A DNA stretch of 61,235 nucleotides, counting the filler, from Sphacelaria rigidula (lineage: Eukaryota): the NCBI GenBank assembly GCA_964200075.2. It is 9 parts of 9 records of this genome, joined end to end, with 100 filler letters (N's around TTAATTAATTAA, not from the genome) between each part and the next. Parts side by side here need not be neighbours in the genome. Positions count along the whole stretch, not along the records: positions 34,077 to 40,791 come from CAXNAA020018458.1; positions 40,892 to 47,606 come from CAXNAA020018459.1; 7 more parts are not named here. The stretch is one strand, 5' to 3'. Under the pieces are notes generated by a model, which made no database searches, was not told the DNA's origin, and saw only the letters and a program-made list of their open reading frames with translations. The position numbers were made by a program, and so were the translations under genes. Below, piece by piece: positions 36,751 to 47,706 of this stretch. Numbering within the stretch: position 1 is the stretch's first letter; each line of letters begins with the position of its first letter.

Positions 36751-39700
36751 GTGCCCGGCGTCGCGCACTTCCGCCAACCACGGCAATCCAACTATGGAAA
36801 AGCCGAGAAGCAAACATTTTTCTGGAACAGTTTGGCCCGCCTAATCTGTCGAGAAAAAGATCGGCGGTACATGCAATCAACAGCCACGATATTACTGTAG
36901 AATATACCTCGGTAGTGACACACATTTCGGAAGGAAGTCAAAGCGTACGGCTCCACACGGAAAGCCTCGAGGTCTAAAAAAAGGCATATATTTGCAGCAA
37001 AGGTGCCCGAGGGTTTCAAGGCCTGCGATTGAGCGCCCAGCCGGAGCGATCTCAGTCAAGGCACATCTTCTAGCGGTGATATTCAAGGACGCGATGATAG
37101 TGCGACTGACGCCGCAATGCTTAACGAGAAGGAGGCCGCAGCCATAGCGGAATAGTGGATACAAAAGTGGGTAATTGCCAGCTACAATCCACCTGCGGAT
37201 TTTCACACTGGCTTTCACATGGTTGTCATAAAACACTACACTGGGAGTTACGGGACACCTTCGCCCCATGGCGCGGCACGCAGACAGGGGGCAAGTTGGG
37301 TAGTTTGATGAAATAGAGAGGTAGACGTGGCCAACAGCAAAATAGGTTCGGGCGGCCAGCAGGAGATATAATGTATCACAGAGAAACGGTCGACCGCCTC
37401 GTGATTAATCGGCACCACTTGCCGGCCTCTTTCAAGTAAACATTCCGAGAGGTGCCGGGGTAACAGGTTGCCCTAAATTCCTAGAATGAAAGTGTGATAT
37501 TCACTGGCGAACAGTGGTGGTCACTAGCACGAAGGAGAGGCAAACTGATAGCGAAATCCCTCGTCTCAGAGTGACGAGTTCCCTGAGTGACGGGTTCCCT
37601 GAGAGAAAACAAAGAGATAGGTAGAGTATCGTCAGTGGTACTGAAGTAGCAGAAAATGTGAAATTCCGTGAAATTCCGCGACGAAAGTGCAAATTCCCAG
37701 AAAAAAACAAGAGGTGCGGGTCATCACAGAAACGTAAGAATCAAGTACTGGCAGCTGGGGAGGGCAGGAGAAATGCTGCGCTGTCAGGCATCGTCACTGT
37801 CATACCTGCGCGCAGGAATGCAATCTGCGGAGAAATATAATATGTTTAAGTACAAGTTTTTTGGCGCTTCGCGCCCCAACTCAATGGAGCGTTTCCCAAG
37901 GCAAAGGATAACGTGGAGTGTTCGGTGCTGAACCTATGATTTGCAGATTATTCGATATTCTAAAGTAAAAATGGGATCCTAAAAAGAGGATGCCTGTGGG
38001 TTGGTGATCGCACAGCGGGCGTAGAACTGCCCGTGCGAGCGAAATAAGACAACCTGCCAGCGAAAAAAATGAACCCCATCTAGTTGCAAAAGTTACCTGC
38101 CAGCAGGGCTCCGCGCCCGCGGGGTAACATGTGTATTGACCTGCGCAACTTGATTTAAGTAGAGGGCATTTATCTGTTTCAGAGTCATGGTCTGCTTAAC
38201 TCCTCAAAATTAAAATAAATAAACGTTGGGAAATTACACAGAGGCAGTGCTGTACTGCTGATGAATTCAGCGAAGCCTGCCGTGGTTTAGGGTGACATCA
38301 TGATGTGACGTCGGGTACTTGCGGCTTGCCCTGTTGTTCAGTTGTACTGTAATTACCACTGCAATGCGCTTATGCACCGTACAACTTGTACAGTCATATG
38401 CTCCTCTGTAGCTACTGTCTGCTACAGTACATACCCCACTTTGATCCATTTGTGCCGCGGCAGTCTGCTATCGAGCTTGCATTGCACTGTACTCTACTGC
38501 ACCGCACTGGAATGTACCTTGACTTCTCTCAGTAGCAGCACTGTGTGGTGACCGTAGCAATTTCAACAATACAGTAGGTGCGCTATTGTAACTCCCCTGT
38601 ACCGATGCGCATTGGTCCACACGTCTGTTTTCGACGTACTCATGAGTAGGTAGAACCTGCGGCTGATCACTGCGACCGAAAAAATCCACGTCAAGCCACG
38701 TCATATCATCTTCCAATATGAAGTGAAGTTTTAACGCTTCCATTCTGCACTACGAATGTGCTCAGAACTTGTTTCCCCCGAAACTCTCTATTTTGATGGA
38801 TAATTCCAGTGCATAGCTACCGGTCAATGGCACCGTAGTCTTTCCAACTGCCTCGCCGTTTCACAGGGAGGTCAAGAAGATTATATTGATTCTAGCTCGG
38901 GCCGACATACACGTGCAGGCAATATCATGTTGTTCACTTCACGGGGACGTTGCTTGGCATGGAAGCGAGGGATGACTGAATCGTATGAAGCCGCTTGCTC
39001 GTGTCTAACGAACAATCTCTCCAAAAACGCCTGTTTGATGATTCAGTGCCGATTTCCGCTGGCATATGTGGTTCGGTGGATTATGCCACCTCATGAAGAA
39101 CTGCTACTGTACTCTCTGGGAGGGTTATGGCCCACTTTTTCGAACTTTCGTGCGCCCGGTTCGACTTTTGGCCCGATGAAAAAATTGTCGACCAGTCCAC
39201 GAAAACGGTTTCGCAAGTGACCAAAAAAGTCCAAAATTATCGGCTAGAAGTCAAAGTGGACGTACGAAAAGGTCGGAAAGGGCGCTGGAACCCTCTCGGA
39301 AAAGCACTGAAAGACTTGTCGAAATGTGACAATCGGCAAAGCCTCGAACTACTCGTGCTACTTTTGTACCCTGGGGGAAAATGGCGCTGAATCGCCTAGC
39401 AAATTGTATTGGTACTACGTACGGCTTTTTTGGAGAAATTAGGGTGATACCTCTGATAAAATTTCGCTTGAATTTTCGCTCGACAATTTCGTGGCCCATT
39501 ATTACCGCACATCAGTTACATGCCAATACAGTACAGCTGTGGTTCTTCTTGTATCACCAGAGTTTCTTCAGTGCCAAAGACGGTGCCAAAGACGATGCAC
39601 ATCTCGCAACAACGCCCACCACCCAAACAAATGGTCAGAAACATCTGAGACGGAAGCAAACACCACCAAGTAGAAATTCCGCAAAGCATTTGCTCCATTT

Positions 39701-40791
39701 TCAGAGGAGAAATCACGCCAAACGCCGTCACGAGTAACAACAGTAGAACGATCTACAGTACTCCACCTGTTCCCAATATCAAACCTTTGATCACGAGCAT
39801 AGATAGGTCATGTGTTTGATCAGCATCAAATTTACTTGGAAAATGAAAACATAGAACAACATGGTCGTGATATTAGTTGTATTTTTCCCGGAAGGGCAGG
39901 TTTTCCGTGATTGACACCAACGCGGTCGGATCGTCCGAAACGGCCGTCACCCCACTGAAAGCCCGTCATCTGACGGGAATTGTGGTGCGAGAATATTTGA
40001 AATAGACATGGTCAGTACAGAGTTATAAGGAAAAATGTATCCAAATTAGGGGGGGAAACAAACGCACATTTCAGCCGTATCTCACGTGAGGCACCACCGC
40101 GATCTTGAATCTGATTGCGCTCAACTCCCTTCAGATCACGGGCCTTCAAGGGGGTGACGGCCGTTCCGGGCGATTAGACTGCCTTGTTGTTATAAATAAC
40201 GAAAAACCTCCCGTTCCGAAAGCAAAATCCATTCTAAATCTGGCAAACATGTTATCATGGCCAGATGACCTACCTACCCTCGCGGTCAAACGATTGAACG
40301 ATTCCGTTCAAGCTTTGGTTCGTGGCTGAACTCCTTGTACATATATCAAAAGGTATGCCCCATGTGTTCGGCACCAAATCACAGCTGCTCCCGGGTACTT
40401 GAAAAAACAAAACGCCCTTCGTGACGCAGAAAACGACTAGTGGATGACATCATTTAATTCAACGCGACAAATTTCATTCTCTGGCAATTAGATGTTCGAA
40501 CATAGTACACCACTACACTATTTGCAACTGCGTGTGTACTGTAGTACTGCGCCATTTTTGCTTCATCTCACTGTACGACTCTTTTACTGTCCCCAAGAGC
40601 GCAGTGGCCATGGCTTGCTCGGTGCGCTCGGATATAGATGCGTGGATATACGAAACAGTGTTTTCGTGATAGCGAGAGTAGAGGATGCGGTTGAGAGTGA
40701 AAATCGGACAATCAGTGAATGCTTCGTATCAGTTCTGAAATGCCCGTACACGAGGTCTAATATGCCTTCTGTAGCAGCTTGGCACTGAGGC

Positions 40792-40891
40792 NNNNNNNNN
40801 NNNNNNNNNNNNNNNNNNNNNNNNNNNNNNNNNNNTTAATTAATTAANNNNNNNNNNNNNNNNNNNNNNNNNNNNNNNNNNNNNNNNNNNN
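40792..40891. other. Artificial 100-bp contig linker
   Basis: N44-TTAATTAATTAA-N44. Confidence 0.98.
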
Positions 40892-42029
40892 ACGCGTGTC
40901 GATAACGATATCACCAGAGAGAAAAAGTAACGACAGAGAGGAAGCTCCTCGCCCGTGTCCTTTCTGTGTCCTCGCTCGGCGATTACCAAACTCTCGAGAG
41001 ACTGATATCATCGATGTTACCAGCATGTGCTCAATTTCCCATGCGCTGAAACACCGAGCTGCGGAGAGATTTTCTCTCGTCTTACAATTACCTGTCGAGC
41101 TCACGAATGCGACGATGGATTTCTCTCTGCCTCTCGTGTTGGACAGGACGCGCCTCTGTGCGCCGAAAAACATGTCGTTGAAAAACAGGGCAATGTTCCC
41201 GTCATCGCTACTACTGTTCTCTGTCACACACGTGCCAGCAAGGGCGGCCATAACAAATAGATTCAGTTTGAACTTGGGGGGTGTTACTCATCAATGAGTT
41301 TACCCACATCTGACCCTCTGGGTGCCCGACGAGAACAGCCTGCCACATGCCAGCTGAGGGGGGGGGGGCGTACTCATTACAGGTGTATGAGAGATCAAAC
41401 GCTTGTATAGACGTTTTTGACATGCGGAGTGAAAAGAGATACGTATGGTGGTGACCTAACTGTTGCTAGTGTGGCGCACAGGAGTCCGTCCATCCTGCAA
41501 CCTGGAGCACACGCTGGTCGCGTGAACACCTAGCTCGGTAAAGTTCGAGTAGCTTTCCAGAATTTCTCCGATGTGAGGAGGTCATGCATTACAAGCAGGC
41601 CCAGCCTCACCTCAATTTTGAGAGTTGGACTTTCAAGTTATGTACGTAGAATGAACAGGAGACAGTAACAAAATAAAGAAAACGGGAACCTGAGATTCTC
41701 TTATTCCTTCATGAGCCAACGGCATTTGACTGAGAAGGTGATACTCATTATTGTCTTCAACTCATGAAAAGAAAGCCTCACGGTCACGAAACAATTATCA
41801 TCACGCCCTGTTCATTCTCTGTACCAAATTTAAAAGTTCAACTCTCGAAATTGAGGTAAGGCGGGGCGATATAGAAACCGGGTCGGTCGCCATTTGGAAT
41901 AGTATCTTGCAGGCCACTTACCGACCCCCGTTGTGCTTGTGTTTTGGAAATATGTGTGGTGCCTCGCCAGGTCATAATGAAGCCAAAAAAAGTGGGACAT
42001 TTTCATTTTTTCATGAATGTAGGACATAT

Positions 42030-42494
42030 TAACACTATATTCGTGAGATTCAGAGGGTAGTTTCAGATTCAGAGTGGATGCTCTAGCGTTCCTAACAGGC
42101 AACTTTTTAAATTTTATTTTTGCTTGAGCACACGTGCTGTGCATGCAGCTACCGTACAGTACCCCTTTCGAGGAGTTCGGCGGTCTGGTTGGTGAGATAC
42201 CGCACAAAGCATTTTTACGCCTGGGGGACATTTCGGAACTGAAACTGTTTCAGGCACTGATCGGTTTTTCCTGGAGAGGGGACCTTTTATTGCAATGGAC
42301 TGACGACGTCGTTGCGATCAAGTGATGTGTCAAATTGATCGTGTAGGTGACAGCTTTCATTGAAGCCACCGCTTGACCATCTGGGCGCATTACTCCTCGA
42401 ACTGTGGCGATGTCAAAATCGGCGGGAAAGTCGATTGTTTCGGGTCTCACTCTGAATCTGAAACTACCCTCTGAATCTCACGAATATAGTGTTA
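42030..42494. mobile_element. MITE with perfect 45-bp TIRs and TA target duplication (Tc1/mariner-like)
   Basis: 42030-42076 taacactatattcgtgagattcagagggtagtttcagattcagagtg is the exact reverse complement of 42448-42494. Confidence 0.9.
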
Positions 42495-42988
42495 TTTGAG
42501 TGTAGTAAGTGCCATTTTTTCACGAGAACACGATCACCTCTCTCAAAAACAAATGAAGGCCCACTTTTTGTTTTTGTATTTTCAGCACACCTTTGCGGTT
42601 CTCCATGCTAATTTTCGAATCACGATTCTGAAAAATGACCTGAAAAGCCAAGACGTTGAGATAAGGGCCAAGAACAACGTCCCCTTTCCCTCAGAGCGCC
42701 CCTAAAAAAACAAAATCTTGGGACGCTGAAGGTTTTCTCCCCATTATTATATACCCTAAGGATCCTCCTCACGAAATTTCAAAGCAGCACAACCCTCAAA
42801 AACAAAATGAGGCGCGACATACAGATGTACTGTAGTATATCTGATGCATCAACTCGTAATATGTCCAAGCAAGATTACGTGTGAACGCTCCCGTGCTAGC
42901 GGGACAATTAGACCCACTCTCAAAACAGTACGCTTCACAAACCCCTTCAGCTCCACGTCACCCTGTGACGTTTATCATTTGCGAAAGC

Positions 42989-43566
42989 TTGATGAGGTAG
43001 TGCAATGTTTCTCCATCACCGCTCACCTTCGACGAGGGCGAGATTCGACCTTCGATCCAAGCTGTCAGTGCCTGAAAGTATGCGCGTAATAGGCAATACG
43101 CGGAGCCCTGATGGTGGCTCTGACAGTTTGATTCTGAAAAATGGAAATTTGATTCTTTACACGCATACGCGATGAACACAGGAGATATACCAGAAGGCAA
43201 GGAGAGCGGCTCTGTCTCCTTCGGGCTAGAGTTTCCTTTGCACGATGTCGCTGTATATGTGTGGCTGCCTTGTGCAAAACACATCATAACGTGAGGTTGA
43301 TCAAGTGGTGCAATGATTCTCCATCACCGCTAACCTTAGACCAGCGCAAGATTCCACGTTGACCCAAGCTATCAGTGCCTAAATTCGCACGTAATTGGTC
43401 ATACGCGGATCCCTGATGGTGGTTCTGACGCTTTGATTCTGAAAAACGGAAACTTCAACCTTATATGCATACGCGATAAACGCGCAAAAGACACCAAAAA
43501 GCAAGAAAAGCGTCTATGTTTCCTTCAGTCTGGAATTTTCTTTGGGCCATATATGACTGTATATGT
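42989..43566. repeat. Diverged tandem duplication, ~305-bp period
   Basis: gtgcaatg.ttctccatcaccgct.acctt...ccctgatggtgg.tctgac..tttgattctgaaaaa...gcatacgcgat...ctgtatatgt occurs twice. Confidence 0.85.
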
Positions 43567-45208
43567 ACAACACACTCACGTTGAAGCGGTAACACGATTA
43601 GTTTTCCTTACAGCGCAGGCGTCCGATCAGTGAGAGCGTAAGCAAGAACACTAAATACTGCAGCTTACCGCGCGGCGCTTTTTTCGTAGGCATTTCTTTG
43701 TTTCTTAGCTTCGATTTCTCGGATTTTCGGTTAATTTTTGGTGTCGCAGCTTTTTGTTATTTCGTATCTTTCTGGATTGTCTAGTATTTGGCAATCGCAG
43801 CCTTTATTGTATGTATATGAGCAACACACGACGTTCAAACGGTAACGCGATATTTATATTTCCTTACACCGTAGGCGTCTGAATCGTGCAAGCGCGACAT
43901 ATGCGTGCGTCATATCAATATGATTTCAATCAAAAGCAATCATAGGCGCTGTGTTTGTTGTTGCCTGTTTGCAGGCCCTTCTGTGTTCCAAGATTCGATC
44001 TCCCGGCGTTCGGGGTTCGGCGAATTTAACAGCCGATTTGCCGCGGTTCGGTGAATTCGGAGCCGGATTTTATTGTCTCTACCTGCACTGTCTGCTTTGC
44101 TTGCAAGCAGTGTCTTGGGTGCGTGTGTGCGTGTTTCGTTCAGGAGGATATGGAAGAGAAGCGGGCGACGTGCAGTGCAGACAGCCCAGGACTATCAGTT
44201 CTCTCTGCTTACAATGCGACGTGAAGAGGACTTCAGCAACGTGCAGCTTTGTGCTGCCTGCACGGTCCATGAGCGTGTACGCAACTCGGTTGCGCACCGT
44301 ACCACGCAGTTCCGTCGCTGATCCCTACCATGAGAGAAGACGCAAAGTCAAGTTTTCGCCAACAAAAATAAAAAAAGCACAGCCAACTACTGCAGTGCAC
44401 CTATCCCTGGGCTCAACTCGTGCGCTATGCTGCAGGATTGCGGTGGTAGCTCAGAATGAGTTGAATGGGGTTTGCATGGTCCTGTAAACAGGTGTTATTT
44501 GGCGTGGTGGTCTGTAAGATAGGAGTCAAGTCCCGCTTCGTGCCTTTCGACCGCATGTTTTCGATCGAACACGATTGTTTCCAACCTCGTTGTATTCCTC
44601 TCCGCGCGCCCCTATTTATAATTTTGAGTTGAAGCCTTCTGGGAACGTAAATGTGGTGCACGTATCAGATCGGCGAAAACAAAATCGATCGCACTTCTTT
44701 TATCGAAGAATAAAGTGCTAAGGGCGTGTCTTAGGTCAACTCTAATGGGAGCCGTTCAAAATTCCTCTCGAAAACTGCCTTTTGGGCCCTTCTCCGTCGA
44801 TTTATGACCGAAAAGAGGACTAGGCGGGTGCTGGCGCCTTCGAATGACTTGGTCTACTCGTTGAGACCGTTATAGGGCAACTTAGCATTTCCCGCTGGCC
44901 GCACTTTTGTTTTTGGCCAAATGAGGCCACACACGGAGGTTCAGTAAAAAACGATCAGGTGATGAAAATTTCCCCCTGTTTTTTGATCGCTCGATCGTCT
45001 TTTGTTGAAAATCTGTGTTTGGCAAAAAGTGAAAGTACGGCCAGCGGGAAATGCAAAAGTTGCCCTGGAACGGCCTCAATGAGTAGAGCAAGTCATTCCA
45101 AGGCGTCGACATCCGCCGAGCCCTCTTTTCAGGCGTAAAACGACAGAGAAGGGCCAAAAAGGCAGGTTTGAACAGGAATTTTGAACGGCTCCCATTAGAG
45201 TCGGTTTC

Positions 45209-45374
45209 AGCACACTGGTTTTCGATCGAAAATGCTCGGTGGAAAACAAAAATTCCGATCTGATAGGTCGTAATTTCAACCATTTTCACAATTTTCGACA
45301 CTGGTTGAAATTACGACCTATCACATTAGGATTTTTGTTTCCCCCGCATATTTTGGATCAAAAGCTAATGTGCC
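45209..45374. mobile_element. Small palindromic element inserted in the right end of MITE copy 1
   Basis: Core gataggtcgtaatttcaacca / tggttgaaattacgacctatc is a perfect inverted repeat that extends imperfectly to ~75 bp per arm. Confidence 0.7.
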
Positions 45375-45944
45375 AAAACACGCCCTGAGGGCAACTCTGA
45401 TGATGGGAGCCGTTCAAAACTCCTCTCGAAAACTGCCTTTTGGGTCCTTCTCCGTCGATTTACGCCTGAAAAGAGGGAAACACGCGTGTTGACGCGCCTT
45501 GGGATGACTTGGTTTACTCGTTGACACCGTCCCAGGGAAACTTTGCATTTCCCGCTGGCCGCGCTTTTGTTTTTGGCCAAATGAGGCCACACACGGATGT
45601 TCAGTAAAATACGGTCAGGTGATCAAAATTTCCCCTTGTTTTTTGATCGCTTGACCGTTTTTCATTGAAGATTCGTGTTCGGCCAAAAATGAAAGTACGG
45701 CCAGCGGGAAATGCAGAGTTGCCCTGGCGCGGTCTCATTGAGTAGAGCAAGTCATTCCAACGCGTCAATATCCGCCTAGCCGTCTATTCAGGCGTAAAAC
45801 GACAGAGAAGGGCCAAAAAGGCAGGTTCAAACAGGAATGTTGAACGGCTCCCATCAGAGTCGGTCTAAGACGGACTCTAAGGAGAGCCGTTCAACATTCC
45901 GGTTGGAAAATGCCTTTTGGCCTAGACCGACTCTAATGGTGCCG

Positions 45945-46247
45945 CGCCCCGGTGGTGTAATGATCCGACTATCGCCATTGGGGTGGAGAGAACGGGGGTT
46001 TGATTCCCGATGCGTTGGGTTTTTTCTTCGTCATGTATAACTCCCACCGTGGAAAGCGGAAGAACGTGAGTAAACAAAGTAGTCGACTGGTTTTATGTGA
46101 CGTAAGTTGACCCGGTGCGGGATTGCTGACCCAATACGCGAGACCAAAATGAAAGGCGCGTACCGGGGGAGAGATGGGTTGATCCCTTGAGACCACGGAC
46201 TCGTCCCGAGAGAGGGGAGGGGTTCAAAGTGCGAGAAAAAAAATAAA
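45945..46247 (+). mobile_element. SINE family A, full length, with 5-bp TSD (TGCCG), inserted into MITE copy 3
   Basis: TGCCG|cgccccggtggtgtaatg...gggtttgattccc...gtgcgagaaaaaaaataaa|TGCCG; removing it restores ctctaatggtgccgttcaaaat. Confidence 0.85.
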
Positions 46248-47606
46248 TGCCGTTCAAAATACCTATTCAAACCTACCTCTTCGGCCCTTCTCGGTCGTTT
46301 TACGCCTGAAAAGAGGGCTAGGCGGATGTTGACGCCTTGGAATGACTTGCTCTACTCATTGAGGCCGTCCCAGGGCAACTCTGCATTTCCCGCTGGCCGT
46401 ACTTTCATTGTTGGCCGAACACGGATTTTCAACGAAAGACGGTCAAGCGATCAAAAACAGGGGGAAAATCTGATCACATGATCGTTTTTTACTGAACATC
46501 CGCGTGTGGCCTCATTTGGCCAAAAACAAAAGGGCGGCCAGCGGGACATACAAGGTTGCCCTAGAACGGTCTCAACGAGTAGACCAAGTCATCCCAAGGC
46601 GCGTCTGCATGCGTGTCGCCCTCTTTTCAGGCGTAAATCGACGGAGAAGGGCCCAAAAGGCAGTTTTCGAGAGGAATCTTGAGCGGCTCCCATTAGAGTT
46701 GGCCTAAGACACGCCGTGAAAGGGTGAAAAAATTTCGCGAACGAACGCATCAAACATGACGCCCGTGCCGGATCTTCCGTCTTGTACTCATCACATATAA
46801 CATAGTTTCATAACCGATACAGATATCCAATATTTGGCTCAACCTCTTGGTAGGAGTCATTGTCTTAACCATCTCCCAAATTAAAGTAATCCCTTTCCAC
46901 ATCTATCGTTAAGGACGGGGCCGCCGCTAGGCTGCCCCGTGCGATCCTTGTATATATAAATATTATGTTGATTCTAGTAGAAAATATTATGTGCGCCACA
47001 TCTCCAGATAGAAAACGACTTGGGTGAAGGTGAGGGTATTAATCGCTGCTCCGTGCTTCAGGAAATATCCCACCAAAAATCGTCATCCGCTGAATCTATC
47101 GTCGGGGGTTTCATACAGACTATGGACCCTCTCCTCGTACGGTATAGAAATTACTAGACATAGCGTTTAATCAACAGGAGTTGGCCACAACTGTTGAGCA
47201 TTTGAGGATCTTCCCCTTGATTATATTAGATGGTGAATGTGATATATTCCCAGATCACGCCCAACTCGTCTGTGTCGATGAGATGTTGCTTCGAGGGCTT
47301 AAACCCGTTTGAAGGCTCGACCAGCTTGTACCGATCTTGGGATCTGATCGACCAACGACTGATATATTACTGTGATTCATTATTCAACGTGGGCGTCGTC
47401 GATGCGTACCTGATGCGGCGGAGTCATATTTCGACGGAGAACCCCCGAAGTGTAGGGCTATATATACCTATTTACCATTGTTTGAATCCCCGAAGGACAC
47501 TTTCTACGATAGCCCCCCCAAAAGGGTGCATGGTTTCGGGAGGCAAACTCTTCACGTAAATCGAAATAGGAAAAGCCGAGCACAACGAGAAGCTGGGAGT
47601 TCCCAC

Positions 47607-47706
47607 NNNNNNNNNNNNNNNNNNNNNNNNNNNNNNNNNNNNNNNNNNNNTTAATTAATTAANNNNNNNNNNNNNNNNNNNNNNNNNNNNNNNNNNNNNN
47701 NNNNNN
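47607..47706. other. Artificial 100-bp contig linker
   Basis: N44-TTAATTAATTAA-N44. Confidence 0.98.

Larger units (their letters stand above)
44722..46716. mobile_element. Cluster of three (plus one fragment) ~480-bp foldback MITEs, PIF/Harbinger (Tourist)-like
   Basis: Copies at 44722-45385, 45389-45871 and 45923-46716 (inverted), each with ~180-bp inverted arms (ctctaatgggagccgttcaa...gcatttcccgctggccg). Copy 1 ends read TAA|GGGCGTGT...ACACGCCC|TGA. Confidence 0.85.

Noticed and set aside
38590..38745. ORF MEALKLHFILEDDMTWLDVDFFGRSDQPQ as an exon
   Set aside because: No recognisable domain, weak donor and no partner exons.
41090..41352. Two possible minus-strand exons (AGMWQAVLVGHPEGQMW; ENSSSDDGNIALFFNDMFF)
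   Set aside because: The phases are incompatible and the intervening intron is unusually short; no motif support.
44144..44321. Cys/His-rich stretch resembling a B-box zinc finger after a good acceptor
   Set aside because: The motif appears only by mixing reading frames; there is no consistent exon.
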